Below are positions 23,940 through 36,613 of a DNA stretch of 64,000 bases, one piece after another. This stretch comes from Takakia lepidozioides. Lineage: Eukaryota > Plantae > Bryophyta. The translations under genes were made by a program, and so were the position numbers. How positions within the stretch are numbered: position 1 is the first letter of the stretch; every line of letters starts with the position of its first letter. Location: assembly GCA_030704615.1 (NCBI GenBank), contig CM060733.1, positions 58,466,001 through 58,530,000 on the forward strand, read 5' to 3'. The notes under the pieces are model-generated. The model searched no databases. It saw nothing but the letters and a program-made list of their open reading frames with translations, and was not told the origin of the DNA.

Positions 23940-26900
23940 CATGCAACCATGGCACACGTGGGAGGTGCTCGAGGTTCAGAGGGAGTTGGCAGCCAAGGCG
24001 GCTGTGATAGATGAGGTTGGGGATTCTTCTCGGGTTGAGGAGGTCCTCAATGATAAGATGATGGGGCAGGATGAGGTCTTGTCATTGACTGAACAGGCAG
24101 GGAGTACTGCTCAAGAGGTTGCAGCATAGCAACCACGGGACGCGTCCTCTACCTCTAAGCCCACTGGACTTAAGGTTGTAGTTACGGAGGACAATTGGGA
24201 GCCTGACATTGGACCCATTGTCACCGGAGGAGAGAGACGACCGACGTTCCGGGCGGTAGGAGGGCTTATAGGAATTGCTTTGCCTTCAGTTTGAAGGACT
24301 TGGGAGCACTGAAGGGTCAAGAGATCCGTGTTGAGTTGGCCACTGACACGCCAATCTTTCGGAGACCCTATAGATACAGTGACATGGAGAGGTCTTTGAT
24401 TCAGATGAGGACTCAAGATCTCTGGGAGGCAGGTTTGGTGGAGCTCTCTGGTGGAGAGTATGCTTCAGCCACAGTGATGCCAGCCAAGAAGGATGTTTAT
24501 GGCAATTGGACGGAGAGACGTATGTGCGGGGGATTACCGGCCTGTAAATAGTCAGACCAAAGTCCGAGCAAGTATTTGCCATGCCAACACCAGAGGAGAT
24601 CTTTGATGCCATTGGGCATGCTAAGGCCTTTAGCACTTTGGATTTACGATCCGGATATTTCACCAGTTGCCAATCAAGGAGGCGGACAAGCAGAAGACTT
24701 GCATTCTGGGGGATCAATGAGCACAGCAAGGATTGCCTATATCAGTGGCGGTTCTTACCATTGGGCTTAAGAATGCTCCTGTAGAGTTTCAGAGAGTCAT
24801 GGATAGGATTCTCGCAGGGGTGGATTTGCTCGGTTGCTACAAGATGACATCATCATCTTAGTGTACGAGGAGGAGTGAGAGACACCTTCAGGTGGTATTT
24901 GGAGCGCTTGATGAGCGCACGGATTGAAGTTGCATCGGGGATGGGGGAGGAAGTGCAAGTTTTTCCACAACCAGATTGAGTATCTGGGGTCACATGATAT
25001 ATCTGGAGGATTGGGGGTACAACAGACTAAGGTAGAGGCCACATGCACAAATTCCACGCCCCACGGATGTGAGCCGAGTTCGAGCTTTCATGGAGTTGGC
25101 CAATCTATTATAGACGGTTTGTCAAGGGATTTAGTACCATTGCAAAGGCTCTAACCAAGCTGACCAAGGTGGACCAGGAGAGTGGCAGTTGGGAAGATGA
25201 GCAGGAAACGAGCTTTCAAGAGCCTCAGGCGAGGTGACCTCGGCGCCTATTTGAGACGAATATCAGGGGCGCGCCCTTTCAGCTGCATACGGATTGGAGC
25301 ATGCTGGGCTGGGCTTGGAGCGGTGTTTCACACATGTGATGATGAGGGAAGGAGAGTTCCGTTAGTGCTTACGCTAGTAGCTCGAAAAACGCTGAGAGGC
25401 TAAGTACAGCTCATATGAGGGAGAGTGCTTAGCTGCAGTTGTGGGCCGTGGACACACTTCAGGTGCTATCTACAGGCATCTTTTCACCCTTGTCACGGAT
25501 CACCAGCCACTCAAGTGGTTGATGGAGTCAGACAAGCTTAAGGGAAGCTTGCACGGTGGGCACTTACTCAGGAGTATGACTTTCAGGTGTTGGCATCGAC
25601 CGGGTTTGGTCAATAGGGTTACTGCGGATGGATTGAGTCGCAATCCATGCATGAGCCAGCAGGAGACACTGGAGCTCGGTGGCATGGTGAGACGGATACG
25701 CAGGAGATGGTGCCGGGATGGCACGCATCTGCATTTTTGTGTATCTTGGCATCGGGAGGTAAGATTGGACCTACAACAGGGATGACTGTATGACGGAGTG
25801 TCTGAGGACCTGAGGCTAGTGATGAGCTAGGTGGTGCCAGAGATATACATGAGGATTCGGCTGTGGTGTGACACCTCCGCACGGGAGACACTGGCAGCCA
25901 TGGACTGCCAGGGAGAGGGATCGGATCCCTGCAACGACCGCCAAGAGGTTCAAGTGGGAGAGGATACACCTACTCGAGTGTTGGGAGGATGGTAGGGTGA
26001 GGTTGTGCCTCACCCCACACAGCGTGCACGGTTAGTGCGGCATGCCCATGAGTGGGGGTTGGGGCATTTTGGAGTGCGACGCACTCACAGTTTACTGCCA
26101 GGGGAGTATTGTGGAGTGGTATGCATACAGAGGTGCAACAGTTTGTGGCTAGGTGCATGGTGTGTGACAGGGTGCGTGCTTCGTTAACGCCCTACACACA
26201 GTCGGTCCTTTCTATCATGGGATTGGGCTACGATGGAGTCTTGACTTCGTAGGACCGTTGACAATGACTATGCGACCACCGCAGATATGTGTTGGTGATG
26301 ATGGTAGCACTTCTCCAGGATTGAGTTGGTTCCATTGCCTGCCAAGGATAATGAGGGGCTGATATGCATTCTTGGATCGTGTGCTTAGCCGATTTGTGCT
26401 CCAGCTGAGGTACTCACGGACCAGGAGGAGAGAGTTCATGGGGGAGTTTCAGGCTTTGTGTGATTTTAAAGCATTTGAAGACAGACCAACGCACCACTTC
26501 TCGGGATTCCTCCTGAGGCCGATGGCTTAGCAGAGAGATTGTCAGATGGTTGAAGAGGGGTTTTTGCGCAAGTATGGCTTTGCAGAAGGGACAACTAGGA
26601 GATTGGGATCGTCAGGTTCTTTGGTTGGCCATGGACCTACAGGTTCAGCAAACAGAAGCATCCACTTGCCTCTTCTCCTCCCTATTTCATTCTCTTTGGA
26701 TTCGAGAGCCGGATTTGCTGCAGCCATTCGTAGGGGACACTGCTCAATGTCCTTAACCTTGACGATCCGGACGTGTGGGTACGTGCATGTGATGAGCGTG
26801 CAGAGTTGGTTCAAGAAAGTCATGCCCATGGTTTTGAAACCTTGCCATTGCACAGCACCGTGATACGTTGAGGTATGCCACTATATGTGGTGGAGGATAT

Positions 26901-27295
26901 CGTCCTGGGGTTCGGAGGTTTAGCCCTGGTGACTATGTTTTTTGCAGCAGACTGCTCCTACGACTCTGGATGTTACTGCAGGGCGTGTTATTCTGAGGGT
27001 TCGAGAGGTGTTGCCCTCAGGGGTCCTGATCTTAGAGGGTCGGGATGGCATGACTTGGAAAGACCATGTGCGTAATTGTGCGCCCTGTCACCTTCCCAAT
27101 GTCGATGGCAGAGTTGACCCAAACTTGGCAGTGGTACCTGCAGGTTTGAGGTGCATGCTCTGTGGGTCTGCCAAAGGGGCAGCCACCATGCTGGTGTGTG
27201 ATCGGTGCTCAAGGGGTTGGCATATGGGATGCTTGACACCACCTCTTGAGAAGGTTCCTGACAGAGATTGGTTGTGTCCACACTGCTTGGGATAG
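23940..27295 (+). pseudogene. pol remnant: RT, RNase H, integrase, PHD finger; heavily frameshifted
   Basis: PIFRRPYRYS, FSTLDLRSGY, LVTDHQPLKWL and terminal CMLC..CDRC..WHMGC..WLCPHC. Homologous to 32145-35460. Confidence 0.9.
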
Positions 27296-27555
27296 TGGCA
27301 GTGGACATGACTGGAGGCAGCTAACAAGACATGGGAGGCCAAGCTCATAGGAGTCAATACATGAGATCCCAAGCTCAAGTTCACAGGTTGCAAGATGGCG
27401 ACTAACGATGGGGCAACTCTTGCACCCGGCCTCTTGATCTATCGAGTTTGAGTGTAGTAGGGATAGTGGTGGAGGACTTAGTGAGGCTATGGTCACTATC
27501 ACATCTTGTGGCTACCTGGACTTAGAGGGACCTAAGCACCAGCTAGGGGGGGCGA

Positions 27556-28262
27556 TTGTGTGGACTAGTGACTGCCATAGTGGGCAGCGTAGTGGCAGCC
27601 TAGTGACTGACTAGTTGTAGCCTAGTGGTTGGACTAGTGGCTGGACTAGTGGTAGACTAGTGGTATACTAGTGTGTGGTGTGCACATGTGTTGTGTGGTT
27701 TTGGACAGCGATGTAGTTGTGTAGTGATATGTATGCGCACGACAGCTGTCAAGTTATTTTACCACTAGTGTGAAACTAGCTAGGAAATAGCTATCTTTTA
27801 CATATTGACATTTGGGATTGGTCCAAGTGTCAATCCAGGGGTCAAGGCAGATTTAGGCCCTGGAGTGGTTATCTTCACGGCAAGCGCGGGAGGCTCATCT
27901 TTCTCGAGTTGAGCCTCACCGCGCCTAGCTATGGCGCCGTAGTGTGGATTCCCCATGGCGTGGGGTGCACTTGGCTTGACTTGTATTTGAGTGATGAGGT
28001 TATATATGCATGAGTTTATGCTTCAGCTTTGTGAGCTTGCATGAGCTCGTGCTTGTATTCTTCTTCTTTATCATTGTGTGGACTAGTGACTGCCATAGTG
28101 GGCAGCGTAGTGGCAGCCTAGTGACTGACTAGTTGTAGCCTAGTGGTTGGACTAGTGGTGGACTAGTGGTAGACTAGTGGTATACTAGTTGTGTGGTGTG
28201 CACATGTGTTGTGTGGTTTTGGACAGCGATGTAGTTGTGTAGCGATATGTATGCGCACGACA
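27556..28262 (+). repeat. 3' block of copy 1: B1 (27556-27744), gc, A2 (27747-28073), B2 (28074-28262)
   Basis: Direct comparison of the copies. Junction reads CACGACA-GC-TGTCAAG. B contains CTAGTG-type short repeats. Confidence 0.95.
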
Positions 28263-28639
28263 CCCTTAGGGCCATAAAGCAAACACACAACCTGGTGAGG
28301 GGGAACCCAGAGACTACAATGGAGAGAGAACCATCCCGCTGGATGAATGAAGAAGCTAAGACCATAGCTAAGACCATAGTTCCATCTTCTTTGTCACTCC
28401 TTCCAGATTAAATATTCAAAAACCAAAAAAACTTGTAACATAAAAAAATAAAAAATGGATAAGCTTTTAATTGGAAATGTCATTTTGATAACAACATGAC
28501 GTGATATAGCGTTAACACATTAGTGTTACCAAATACCCAAGGTCACAGACATGAGCATCCCTAGCTACTTACATGTTTTCAATGTTAAGTACGTAATATC
28601 ATATATATATATATATATGAAACGGAATAAATTGTTGTA

Positions 28640-28910
28640 GAGACTGCCTACACACATGTGGTGGAAGGTGCCCAGATAATATACACATTGGGAGTTGATA
28701 GAAGCATAGGTTTGGCATATAACGCCTAAAATCAAAGACAAGAAATTTCTACGAATTTATAGAATGACATATGACGCTTTCAATAATTTGCTTGATGAGC
28801 TTACGCCATTTATGAAGTCCAATGCATTAAATTTTATGAGACCATAAGCAGAGATCTGAAAGATTGTAACAATTGTTCTCTGTCGATTTGCACATGATAT
28901 TTCCCCATAC
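28640..28910 (+). pseudogene. PIF/Harbinger-like transposase N-terminal fragment
   Basis: From 28746: FLRIYRMTYDAFNNLLDELTPF..KIVTIVLCRFAHDIS, resembling the Harbinger FRM....F..L / VA..L.RLA.G pattern, with in-frame stops. Confidence 0.5.
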
Positions 28911-31189
28911 GCCATATTGACATTGTCTGTATTGCTCTTACCACGCCTGAGTGTCTATTTTAGCAAGCACGTTGACACAACAAGTTGTGGCCTTCTCACA
29001 CCAACAATCATCGGCAATTGACCACTTTGAATTGAGTGATCACTTTTAGGACATTCCAATAGTTACCCTAACATTGATTCCCTCTCCATGTTTAGGTCAT
29101 GGAGCTTGTGTGCCATGTACTTCTATACTATTCACTGTCACATGTGTGCGGCAACGTACAAGCTAACATATATATTTTTTTTTCTTCTTTTTACATGAAA
29201 ATGACTTCCATTTTAATGTAAACGACTATGTTGTTTTATTTGGCGGACCCGCTTGCAAAGTGGAGGGACCGAACTAGGCGAATCGTTGTCACTGGCGGAC
29301 ATGTGACTTTTTCAAGCGGATCCACCATATTTTTCTTCCATGTGTGCAGTTTTCTTCCATGTGTGCAGGACTTGTATATGGCAGCATTCGGGCTTGAAAG
29401 GGTTTTAATTTTTTTTCCCTTAAAACATCTTTAATAAAGCTCTCAAGGGCTTCCTCCCCTTTTCAATTTTTCATTTTTTAATGCATAAAGTTCCTCTGTC
29501 CCCTTTCAAACAAGAAAGCATTTCATGATTTTGACCCACAACAGATTGTGAAGTTGAATGAGCTTTAATATTTGACCCAAACTGAATAAATTTTATGAGT
29601 AGTGGTTAGAGTAGGTATACTTTATCTCTCAAAAAGTTGGTTGAAAAACAAGTAAAACAGCAAAACATTGGAGAGAAAACCCATCCAAAAAAACTGCACC
29701 ACACACAAGAAAAGAAAAAAAATCACTATAATATTATGTGTTTTACGGTCAAACTATCTGAAATTATTCCAACTGACAGAATGTATCAGTGGACCCCAAT
29801 GTATACGGTGAGTTTTCCTATGTCCCAATTGGATGGCAAATATGGAATAGGAGTGCGTGTCAGTTTTTCAAACAATAGGACTTATCATGAATCCCACCAA
29901 TTGTTCATTGTGATATTGAAAGACTAGGATCAAAGCTAAAAAACTTTTTAGTGAGAGCTCTCCACCCAACCATGGAACACAAGAGGTTGTTTTTTCAGTC
30001 CCATACGCCCTATTCTCCTTTGCAGTGATGATTGTCCGTTATGCTCCATACTCTACCTCTAATCCTCTTTTTCTGGTTGTCCTTTGTTTTGTGAGGTTTC
30101 TTCAGCCATTTTGTTTATGAGATCTGCACTCTTTGATCTGCCAGCTGTGTCATGATTGGGGCGCATTCTCTTATCTAGTTCTTTTCCGTGGTATTTCAAA
30201 GGTACTTGGGAGGGTCAGCTTGCGCATAGGAGGCTATGTTTAAATCTACGGCTATTCAACTGCACAGACCAGTCCGAGATCAGACACCAGCAGCGCATAC
30301 AAGAGGTCCTTTGGGTTGATGGTTGGTTGAATCCCTTTAGTGAAAGAAAAGCTAGTTGCTTACAGGACACAAGGTCAAAGACAATGTGGTGAGGGCACCT
30401 TCTTCTTCAACAGATTTCTTCAACCTTGTTAGAGTCGTCTTTAAATTTTCATGTTGATTCCTACAAGTGATCTGATAAGGATCTACGATGGTTTGAAGTG
30501 ATTTTGACATGTAGCAATAGGCATTTGGAAAAACAGAAAACAAGCCGGGGAGAGGTTTTGAAAGCATTTGTTTTGGACCCTAGTCAATGGTGGACAATCG
30601 AGGAAAAAAATGCAATTTTCGATAAATTACAGCGAAAAAAAGATAACAAGATACATTACAAGAAATTGTCATTATCTCTCTATCCCTAACATATTTTGAG
30701 TCTTAAGAGTAATATAGCATAGGAAATAGTTTGTGATAAGTTGGGTTGGGGTGTTTGCTAGGGTTGAGAGTGATCGGTAGATCAGTTTTGAGGGAGGGTC
30801 CTAGCCGACACTGAGGGCTCAGTTTGGAGGGATGTTATTAATTTTGAGAAGATGCAGGAACTCGACAACTAAAGGACATGGTGTTATGTAGATTTAGGGT
30901 GTAACTTAGTAGTCCATGACGAGTAGGCAGAAGCTAGCAGCGATAGCGAGGGTCGTTGTTCAGAAGTTAGTCAGGATCTGAATTCGGCTGAGAGCAAGTA
31001 AATATGAGGAGAGGGGTGAATGAGTGAAGACAGACCGGGAGAAAGCGGCCAATCACCGTAAACATAAATGTGTTGTAGGCATATATGCTGGACAACAAGG
31101 TGTGGGTGTAGTGTTGAAGTCGTAAGAATTCTGTGTGGGAAACATATCGTGAACAACATACTTGATCTGGTTCAATCATTGACTCAACA

Positions 31190-31356
31190 TATATTCAATT
31201 TCTTATATTCAGTTCCCTTCATATTGATCCCTTCAGTTTATTATATTCAGTTCCCTTCAGATTTATCCCTTCAGTTTATTATATTCAGTTCCTTTCAGAT
31301 TTATCCCTTCAGTTCTATTATATTTAGTTCCCTTCAAACTTATCCCTTCACCTCTA
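31190..31356. repeat. Degenerate minisatellite (TTATATTCAGTTCCCTTCAGATTTATCCCTTCAG-like), interrupted by Gypsy copy 2
   Basis: The pattern resumes at ~42033-42105, supporting the insertion site. Confidence 0.75.
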
Positions 31357-31886
31357 TGTCGTGCGCATACGTATCGCTACACAACTACATCGCTGTCCAA
31401 ACCACACCACACATATATGCACAATAAAGTAGTCTGCCACAATGGATAAGAAAAGCTAAGAACACACTCTTAACACAAGAAACATGAAATCCATCTCATC
31501 ATCACTCTTTCAGATAATAGTCGAGCCAGGGGCACCCCAAGCTATGGGGACTCCACCCCACAACAACCTATCCTCCCATCATAAGTACACTCAGTTCTAG
31601 ACGATGAAGGAGCTCGGTCGCGCAGGCTCAACTCGAGAGAGATGAGCTGCGCGACTGCCGCTCTCGTGAAGATAAGGCGGTTCAGGTGTCAAACTAAACT
31701 TGACACCTGACTTAACACTTGACCTAAATCCAAGTGTTAAATATAAATAACTAGATTTATTCTAGTTGTTTTCACATTGTGCTTATTTAACTTGACAGCT
31801 GTCGTGCGCATACGTATCGCTACACAACTACATCGATGTCCAAACCACACCACACATATATGCACAATAAAGTAGTCTGCCACAAT
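31357..31886 (-). repeat. 3' block of copy 2: B1 (31886-31800), gc, A2 (31797-31445), B2 (31443-31357)
   Basis: 87-bp B is duplicated. A2 matches 41677-42028 with about 5 substitutions and 1 indel. Confidence 0.95.
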
Positions 31887-32144
31887 CGCCCCCCTAGGTG
31901 GTGGGTAGGTCCCTCTACCTCCAGATAGCTACAAGATGTAATAGCCACAGCCGTACTAAGTCCTCTATCACTGTCCCTATTGCACTCAAACTCTATAGAC
32001 CAAGAGGCCGGGTACAAGAGTAGCCCCATCGTTAGTCGCCGTCTTGCAATCTGTGAACTTGAGCCAGGACCTCGTGTGTTCAAGGTCTCCTAGTAGCTGG
32101 GCCTTGCGTTTCTTGTTAGCCTTCCATGGTTGTATCCACTCCCA

Positions 32145-33900
32145 CTATCCAATGCAATGTGGACATAACCAATCCCCATCCGGAACCATCTCAAGAGGTG
32201 GAGTCAAGCATCCCATATGCCAACCTCTAGAGCATCGATCACACACCAGCATGGTGGCTGCCCCTTTAGCAGACCCACACAACATGCACCTCAAACTTGC
32301 AGATACCGCTGCCAGGTTTGGGTCAATCCTGCCATCGACATTCGGAAGGTGACATGGCGCACAATTACGCACATGGTCCTTCCAAGTTATGCCATCCCGA
32401 CCCTCCAAGACCAAGACGCCTGAGGGCAAGACCTCTCGAACCCTCAAAATAACACGCCTGCAGTCACATCCAAGGTCGTAGGAGCAGTTGCTGCAGATAG
32501 ACATAGTCACCAGGGTTGAATCTCCGACCCCAGGACGATAGCCCCCACCACGTATGGTAGCATACCTCAACGTATCACGATGTTGTGCAATGGCAAGGTT
32601 CTCGAAAGCCATGGGCATGACTTTCTTGAACAACTCTGCACGCTGCTCACATGCACGTGCCCACACGTCCGGATCGTCAAGGTTAAGAACTGTAGCAGCT
32701 TCTCTGCGAATGGATGTAGGCAAATCCGGCTCTCGGCCAAAGAGAAGAAAGTATGGTGAGAAGGAGGCAAGTGATGCTTGCTTGCTGAACCTGTAGCCCA
32801 TGGCTAACCAGGGTAACTGAAGGTCCCAATCTCCTAGGTGTCCCTTCTGCAAGCCATACTTGCGCAAACCCCTCTTTACTGTCTGAACAACTCTCTCTGC
32901 CAAGCCATCGGCCTCAGGATGATCCCGAGAAGTGGTGCGGTGGTCTATCAAGGCCTTGTCACACAAAGCCTGAAACTCCCCCAAGAACTCTCTCCCTTGG
33001 TCCGTGAGTACCTCAGCTGGAGCACCGAATCGGCTAAGCACACAATCCAAGAATGCATACGCAGCCCCCTCACTAGCCTTATCAGGCAATGGAACCAATT
33101 CAATCCACTTGGAGAAGTGCTCCACCATCACCAACACGTACTTGTTGTGGCGCATGGTCAGTGGCAACGGCCCTGCGAAGTCAAGACTCCACCTGTAGCC
33201 CAATCCCATGATCGGAAGAGGGTGCAATTGTGGAGTAGGGGCGTTGAATGAAGCACGCACCCTGTCACACACCATGCACCTAGCCACAAATTGTTGCACC
33301 TTTGTGTGCATACCACGCCACCAATACTGCCCCTGCAGTAGACTATGAGTGCGTCGCACCCCAAAATGCCCCAACTCCTCATGGGCATGCCGCACTAACC
33401 GTGCCCGCTGTGTTGGGTGAGGCACAATCCTCACTCGACCATCCTCCCACACTCGGAGCAAGTGTGTCCCCTCCCACTTGAACCTCTTGGCTTGTTGTAG
33501 GATCCGATCCCTCTCCTTGGCAGTCACAGTGGCTGCAGTGTCTCCAGTGCGGAGGTAGTCCAACACAACTGAATCCTCATGTATATCTTTGGCGCCACCT
33601 TGCTCATTGCTGGCCTCAGGGTCCTCAGACACTTGATCTATAGTCATCCCTGTTGCAGGTCCAACCTGGCCTTCCGCTGCCAAGATACACAGAAATGCAG
33701 ATGCATGCCATCCGGGCACCATCTCCTCGTCCGTCTCACCATGCCACCGAGCTCCAGTGTCATCCTGCTGGCTCGTGTATGGATTGCGACTCAACCCATC
33801 TGCATTGCAATTGACCAAACCCGGTCGATGCACCACCTGAAAGTCATACTCTTGAAGGATGAGTGCCCACCGTGCAAGCTTCCCCGTAAGCTTGTCTGAC
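32145..33900 (-). pseudogene. Integrase (HHCC zinc finger, DDE core) with C-terminal PHD finger
   Basis: HEELGH..CMVC, WSLDFAGP, VLTDQGREF, DGLAERVVQT, then C4-H-C3 at ~32154-32290. Local frameshifts near 32460-32520. Confidence 0.92.
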
Positions 33901-33904
33901 TCCA

Positions 33905-35230
33905 TCAACCACTTAGTGGTTGGTGATCCGTGACAAGGGTGAAGAGATTGTCGTATAGATAGCACCTGAAGTGTGCCACGGCCCACACTGCAGCTAAGCA
34001 TTCTCCCTCATATGAGCTATACTTAGACTCTGCAGCATTGTTCGAGCGGCTAGCATAAGCCACTACGAACTCTCTTCCCTCATCATCCACCTGTGTGAGC
34101 ACCGCTCCAAGCCCCAGCATGCTCCAATCTGTATGCAGCTGAAAAGGACGCCCCCTGATAGGTCGTCTCAAGATGGGCGCCGAGGTCAACCTCGCCTTGA
34201 GCTCTTGAAAAGCTTGTTCTTGCTCATCTTCCCACTGCCACTCTTGGTCCACCTTGGTCAGCTTGGTTAGAGCCTTTGCAATGGCACTAAATCCCTTAAC
34301 AAACCGTCTGTAATAGTTTGCTAACCCCATGAAAGCTCGAACTCGGCTCACATCCGTGGGGCGTGGAACCTGTGCAATGGACTCTACCTTAGTCTGCTGT
34401 ACCCCAATCCTCCAGGATATATCATGTGACCCAGATACTCAATCTGGTTGTGGAAAAATTTGCACTTGCCCGGATGTAACTTCAATCCGTGCGTCCTCAA
34501 GCGCTCAAATACCCCCTGAAGGTATCTCTCATGCTCATCCACCGTAGCACTAAAGATGATGATGTCATCTATGTAGCACCGAGCAAACTCCACCCCTGCT
34601 AGAATCCTGTCCATGACTCTTTGAAACTTAGCGGGAGCGTTTTTAAGCCCAAATGGTAAGAACCGCCATTGGTATAGGCAATCCTTGCCGTGCTCATTGA
34701 TCCCCCAGAATGCCGTCTTTTGCTTATCCGCCTCCTTGATCGGCAACTGGTGATATCCGGATCGTAAATCCAACGTGCTAAAGACCTTGGAATGCCCAAT
34801 GGCATCAAAGATCTCCTCTGGTGTTGGCATGGCATACCTATCGGACTTGGTCTGACGATTTACAGGCCGGTAATCACCGCACATACGTCTCTCCGTCCAA
34901 TTGCCATAGACATCCTTTTTGGCTGGCATCATTGTGGCTGAAGCATACTCTCCACCAGAGAGCTCCACCAAACCTGCCTCCCAGAGATCTTGAGTCCTCA
35001 TCTGAATCAAAGACCTCTCTATGTCACTGTATCTATAGGGTCTCCGAAAGATTGGCGTGTCACTCAATACGGATCTCTTGACCCTTCAGTGCTCCCAAGT
35101 CCTTCAAACTGAAGGCAAAGCAATTCCTGTAAGCCTTCAGGAACCGCCGTATACGTCGTCTCTCTCCTCCGGTGACAATGGGTCCAATGTCAGGCTCCCA
35201 ATTGTCCTCCGTAACTGCAACCTTAAGTCC
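33905..35230 (-). pseudogene. Reverse transcriptase and RNase H
   Basis: LDLRSGYHQ, LPFGLKNAP, YIDDIIIFS, LHTDWS, YSSYEGECLA, VTDHQPL. Frameshifts between segments. Confidence 0.95.
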
Positions 35231-35569
35231 AGTGGGCTTAGAGGTAGAGGACGCGTCCCGTAGTTGCTATGCTGCAACCTCTTGAGCAGTACTCCTTTCC
35301 TGCTCAGTCAATGACAAGGCCTCATCCTGCCCCATCATCTCATCATTGAGAACCTCCTCATCCCGAGAAGAATCCCCAACCTCATCCATCACAGCTGCCT
35401 TGGCTGCCAACTCCCTCTGAACCTCGAGCACCTCCCACGTGTGCCATGGATGTCTACACCCCGTGGTCCTCACCGGCTCGCCCCCACTCGCTGCCTGTAC
35501 CGTCTCGGTAGGTAGAGAGACCGTCAAGGGAAGTGCACTCCGCACTCTACGTTGCTCAGCCATAGCCAA

Positions 35570-36510
35570 GCTGATAATCCAAGTCAAGCAATTGAGATCC
35601 ATTGCTTGCCCCAACACCTGATGACGTGATGCCTCAGAAAGAGAAGGCACCGCCGTGGTCCCAGTGGAAAACCCCATAGCCCGCTCTCGCTCGTCGGCAT
35701 TAGGCTCCACTAACTGTTGCAACTAAGCATCCCACAGGAGGCCAGGTCCACCATCCCGAAAAGCATGGGATCCTGGGAAGCTGAGCAGTGTAGGTAATGC
35801 TGCTCGTGGTTGACCCACCCTGTTGACCACTGCCAAAGGCGAACGGTCATCGTGTCTCACACGTTGAGACTGCCTCCCTGGTCAAAATGCTGCTGCAAAT
35901 GCTGCTGCACCCATCAAATGCACGCGCTTGAGCAGTGCGGGTGGCATCAAGTTAGTCCACCAAAGCCGTGGACGATGAGCCCGTGATCCCACTGCAGCTG
36001 CATCCAGCAGCACACTGCTGACCCAAGCCACGACCGGACTTGATGCACACTGGCCATCACCCTGGCCCGAGAATCGCCCATCAGTGGCACATTCTCCAAG
36101 ATGTATGCTGGCAACACAGCTTGATGAAGCTGCAAGTGGCGCAAAATCCGCACCATCTCCCAAAACAGACCCGTCCTCAGTCTCGCAATCCATTGCCATG
36201 CCCGGCTGATGAATGCCCTTGGCAGGGCCAACCTGCCACTACCAGATCAATGGAGCCAACCTGCTCCAAATCCGACGCCCCCAACAACGAAATGTCTGCT
36301 GGCAAGGCTTGTTGGTATCCACGAACTGCAGACACTGGCAACAAAGCAGGGTACTGCTGTACCAACTTAGCAACATGGCGCAGTGAGACGCGTCGTGCAG
36401 TCTCATCCCTCTCCACATACAGGTAACGCCTTACCTGCACACCTGCCTGTAGCACAGCAGCCAATCCGGTGCTGATCCCGCCAAACAAGTCCAGAAGGCA
36501 AATGCCTTCA
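35570..36510 (-). pseudogene. C5-cytosine DNA methyltransferase domain within pol
   Basis: Motifs in canonical order: I LDLFGGI, II VERD, IV AGWPCQGHS, VI ILENV, VIII HRPRLWW, IX ERERAMGF, X LGQAMD. Single-base frameshifts at ~36180 and ~36010. Confidence 0.9.
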
Positions 36511-36613
36511 TCCGGATACTGCCACACAATAGGTGTGGTATCCAATGGTGACAACTGAGGTGGTCCTGGTGCAATACCCGCACTCTCCTCCTCTCCTAAC
36601 GGTACAAAAGCCT

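Larger units (their letters stand above)
23454..28262 (+). mobile_element. Ty3/Gypsy retrotransposon copy 1, internally deleted (no gag, protease or methyltransferase), split repeats A-int-B-A-B
   Basis: TGTC...GACA ends, TSD CCCT (23450-23453 and 28263-28266), polypurine tract TAGGGGGGG at ~27544-27552. Confidence 0.93.

Noticed and set aside
29600-31190. Possible degraded coding or retroelement remnant
   Set aside because: Only short ORFs with no motif I can support.
35570-36510. Host DRM/CMT/MET1 gene or bacterial contamination
   Set aside because: Intronless, non-permuted and collinear within pol of a TSD-flanked element in plant DNA.
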